A DNA stretch of 63,487 bases, counting the filler, from Octopus bimaculoides (taxonomy: Eukaryota), in NCBI RefSeq assembly GCF_001194135.2. It is 4 parts of 4 records of this genome, joined end to end, with 100 filler letters (N's around TTAATTAATTAA, not from the genome) between each part and the next. Parts side by side here need not be neighbours in the genome. Positions count along the whole stretch, not along the records: positions 41,833 to 61,370 come from NC_068987.1; positions 61,471 to 63,487 come from NC_069007.1; 2 more parts are not named here. One strand, 5' to 3'. Below are positions 61,140 through 63,487 of this stretch, piece by piece. The notes below the pieces were generated by a model that worked only from the letters and a program-made list of their open reading frames with translations, had not been told where the DNA came from and made no database searches. Numbering within the stretch: the first letter of the stretch is position 1; each line of letters starts with the position of its first letter. The position numbers were made by a program, and so were the translations under genes.

Positions 61140-61300
61140 ATATATGGGAGAATATACAAATAATAACAACAGACGAGGACAGGTGGTGTAAATAACAAAA
61201 GGATATATTAGTATGACGCTCGGGAATATGGAAAGTCTTTGACGTTTCGAGCTACGCTCTTCAACAGAAAGAATACGGAGACAAGGAGAAAAACACGGAG
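61140..61300 (-). mobile_element. PLE family-2 terminal repeat with hammerhead motif at 61236-61272
   Basis: Minus strand TCTTT-CTGTTGA-A-GAGC-GTA-GCTC-GAAA-CGTC-AAAGA: all stems pair, GUC triplet, A6>U. Confidence 0.7.
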
Positions 61301-61370
61301 AAAAAAAAAATTGAATAGTGTTCAGTCAACGGTCAATCATAATAATGGCCGATCATAACAATGGCTGACC

Positions 61371-61470
61371 NNNNNNNNNNNNNNNNNNNNNNNNNNNNNN
61401 NNNNNNNNNNNNNNTTAATTAATTAANNNNNNNNNNNNNNNNNNNNNNNNNNNNNNNNNNNNNNNNNNNN
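61371..61470. other. Assembly gap linker (44 N + TTAATTAATTAA + 44 N)
   Basis: Same construct as 19821-19920. Confidence 0.95.
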
Positions 61471-61690
61471 ATTTAAAGTATAAAGCTTTGTATGAACTTT
61501 GTAGTGTTACATACTGATTGTCATATTAAGGTGAAATTGTTAAAAACAGTGTTAAAAACAGTGTATGAAAATACACATATGGAAAAATACATATACATAT
61601 ACATATTCTCATACATATTCTTTGACAATCGAATAAAATTGAGAAGGAACTGACCTGGCCTTTTTCTCTTGTGTATATTGAAGGAATGTT

Positions 61691-61728
<38 letters not shown>

Positions 61729-62150
61729 AAAAGTTTGTTATAGGCATGTATAAGATAAAATCTTATATAAAACACTACTAACAGTTAGGAAAAATGAAGA
61801 GATGTTAAAAGTTCAAATTAGAATTTAATTTTCACATAGAACCGTTTCGAATGATAATACCAACATGTAAGAAAAAGCAATTAATTATAATAAAAATTAA
61901 ATTTCTTATGTATTACTATTCTTGTCAGTGTAAACAATTTAAGAAAAAACATTAAAAAGGTATAAACAAAAGAAAATTAAAAGGAAAACAAAGAATCGAT
62001 GTCAGAGAAGCCAACCGGATATTTGTAAATAAATTGTAAAAGGGGGGAAAAAAGAAGAGATACAGGAACATGTTAAAGTAGTTTCAAGTCTATTTGTGTA
62101 TCGCTGGCGATTTTCTTTCTCCATCTTCCCTTCTTTGGACTTTTTCTATA

Positions 62151-62183
62151 TTTCTGATGAAGAGCTCCACTCGAAACGTGAAA
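62151..62183 (+). ncRNA. Hammerhead motif related to family 2 (canonical CTGATGA, non-cleavable GUG triplet)
   Basis: TTT-CTGATGA-A-GAG-CTCCA-CTC-GAAA-CGTG-AAA. Confidence 0.6.
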
Positions 62184-62641
62184 ACCTCTTTTTTTTCTTT
62201 CCTTTCCTGAGCGTCCCAATAACACAGTACATACATAAATACACACTCACACACACACACACAATATATGTGGGAGGTACGTAGCTTAGTGGTTAGAGAG
62301 TTGGACTCATGATCATAAGTACCACGTCCTCGTGCTGTTGTTTTTTCTTGTTTGTTCTTGTTTGGATTAACTATATATTTATCTATCTATCTATATATAT
62401 ATATATATATATATATNNNNNNNNNNNNNNNNNNNNNNNNNNNNNNNNNNNNNNNNNNNNNNNNNNNNNNNNNNNNNNNNNNNNNNNNNNNNNNNNNNNN
62501 NNNNNNNNNNNNNNNNCGGTGATTATGCGAATAAGGGGTCCAATGTAGGTCATATATCAGCGTGTGTATATAAGGATTTACTTTTCCTTATGCGATAAAA
62601 ACCTAAGGCTGTGTGCATTATAGAACATTTATAAATAGAAG

Positions 62642-62689
62642 GTCTTACAGCTGTTTCCAAGATATTTATTATATCCTTTCATTGGAGAC
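62642..62689 (-). ncRNA. Degenerate hammerhead-like motif with ACAGCTGT stem III
   Basis: Minus strand GTCT-CCAATGA-A-AGGATAT-AATAA-ATATCTT-G-GAA-ACAGCTGT-A-AGAC; core U4/G5 mutated. Confidence 0.35.
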
Positions 62690-63487
62690 GGTGTGAGAAA
62701 ATGGTTAAGCAATAGATAAGATATGAAATAGAGAGTGAAGTGGTGGAATGAAAATAGATGTGAGATATGCAGGGATATTGCATTTGTAGATCCATTATTT
62801 AGGCAGAATGGTATACATATAAGATTCCAATACATTGTGAGTGAAATCCAATAGTTTCTAAAATTGGTCATTCCAAGTATAAAGTTTGTACACAGTGCTA
62901 TTGAATCGAGGGTTTTATTTAAAGTGACCTAAAAGTAGGGAAGGTATTTGTAAAGTCAAATCAAAAACAGGAAGAGAGGAATAAAGGAAAGAAAAAAGAA
63001 AGAGATGAAAAAAGAAAAAAAAACAGGAAGAGAGGAATAAAGGAAAGAAATATATCCTATACTCCATCATGGTCCATACTGGACTCAGGGTCTTCCTACC
63101 GAGGTCAATGCTCAACCTGCAAACCTTGCCTGAATGAGGCACTTCACATATTAAAGCACATATTAAAGCACAACTCTCCAACACTGCTAAATAAACATAA
63201 TGAGGCACTAAACACATGCAACCACCGCTTTTTTCATACATTCAAATTCTACCACAAATCCAAATGCCTAAACGACCATACAGTATATCTCCACAATACC
63301 CCTTAGGTAATCCCAATAACCTTATAAATCTGCATTTTAACTCTTAATCCCAATCTAATTTCTCATTCATACTCGAATATCACAACCATCTAATTATATT
63401 CATGTGTATATGCGTGCATGCATATGTGTGTGTATAAATGTTCTACAATCTTCACAGCCTTGGTTTTTTATCTCATTCTGAAAAAAA

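Noticed and set aside
62965-63050. Direct repeat AAACAGGAAGAGAGGAATAAAGGAAAGAAA (two copies) and the similar local duplication at 26527-26582
   Set aside because: Ordinary slippage duplications in low-complexity sequence; no further structure.

Overview
Eukaryotic (animal) genomic DNA, AT-rich and dense in microsatellites and SINEs, with many N gaps. The repeat content suggests a coleoid cephalopod, probably Octopus; this is inference, not a database result. The first 12 kb holds the 3' part of one + strand gene, SRRT/Ars2 (Serrate RNA effector). I reconstructed nine coding exons (843-11721, 1149 nt, 382 aa plus stop) that splice in frame. This requires one GC-AG intron (2632-3311), and one intron (6481-7238) has full U12 minor-spliceosome signals. 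I found no other host gene I can support. The remaining 51 kb is a mosaic of tRNA-derived SINEs (at least 4 families), RTE, CR1/Jockey-group and Penelope-like (PLE) retroelement fragments, Tc1/mariner MITEs and fragments, Helitron/Helentron remnants and simple repeats. The most notable signal is about a dozen type-I hammerhead ribozyme motifs from several PLE-related families, each with a palindromic (or CpG-decayed) stem III. One (29395-29523, minus) has an intact core and an unusually long stem II. Another family sits downstream of a tRNA-like Pol III head inside a PLE terminal repeat. There is no CRISPR array, rRNA or convincing true tRNA gene. Most ORFs in the supplied track are artefacts of N runs or microsatellites. 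All calls were made by eye; repeat boundaries are approximate (tens of bp) unless exact motifs are quoted.
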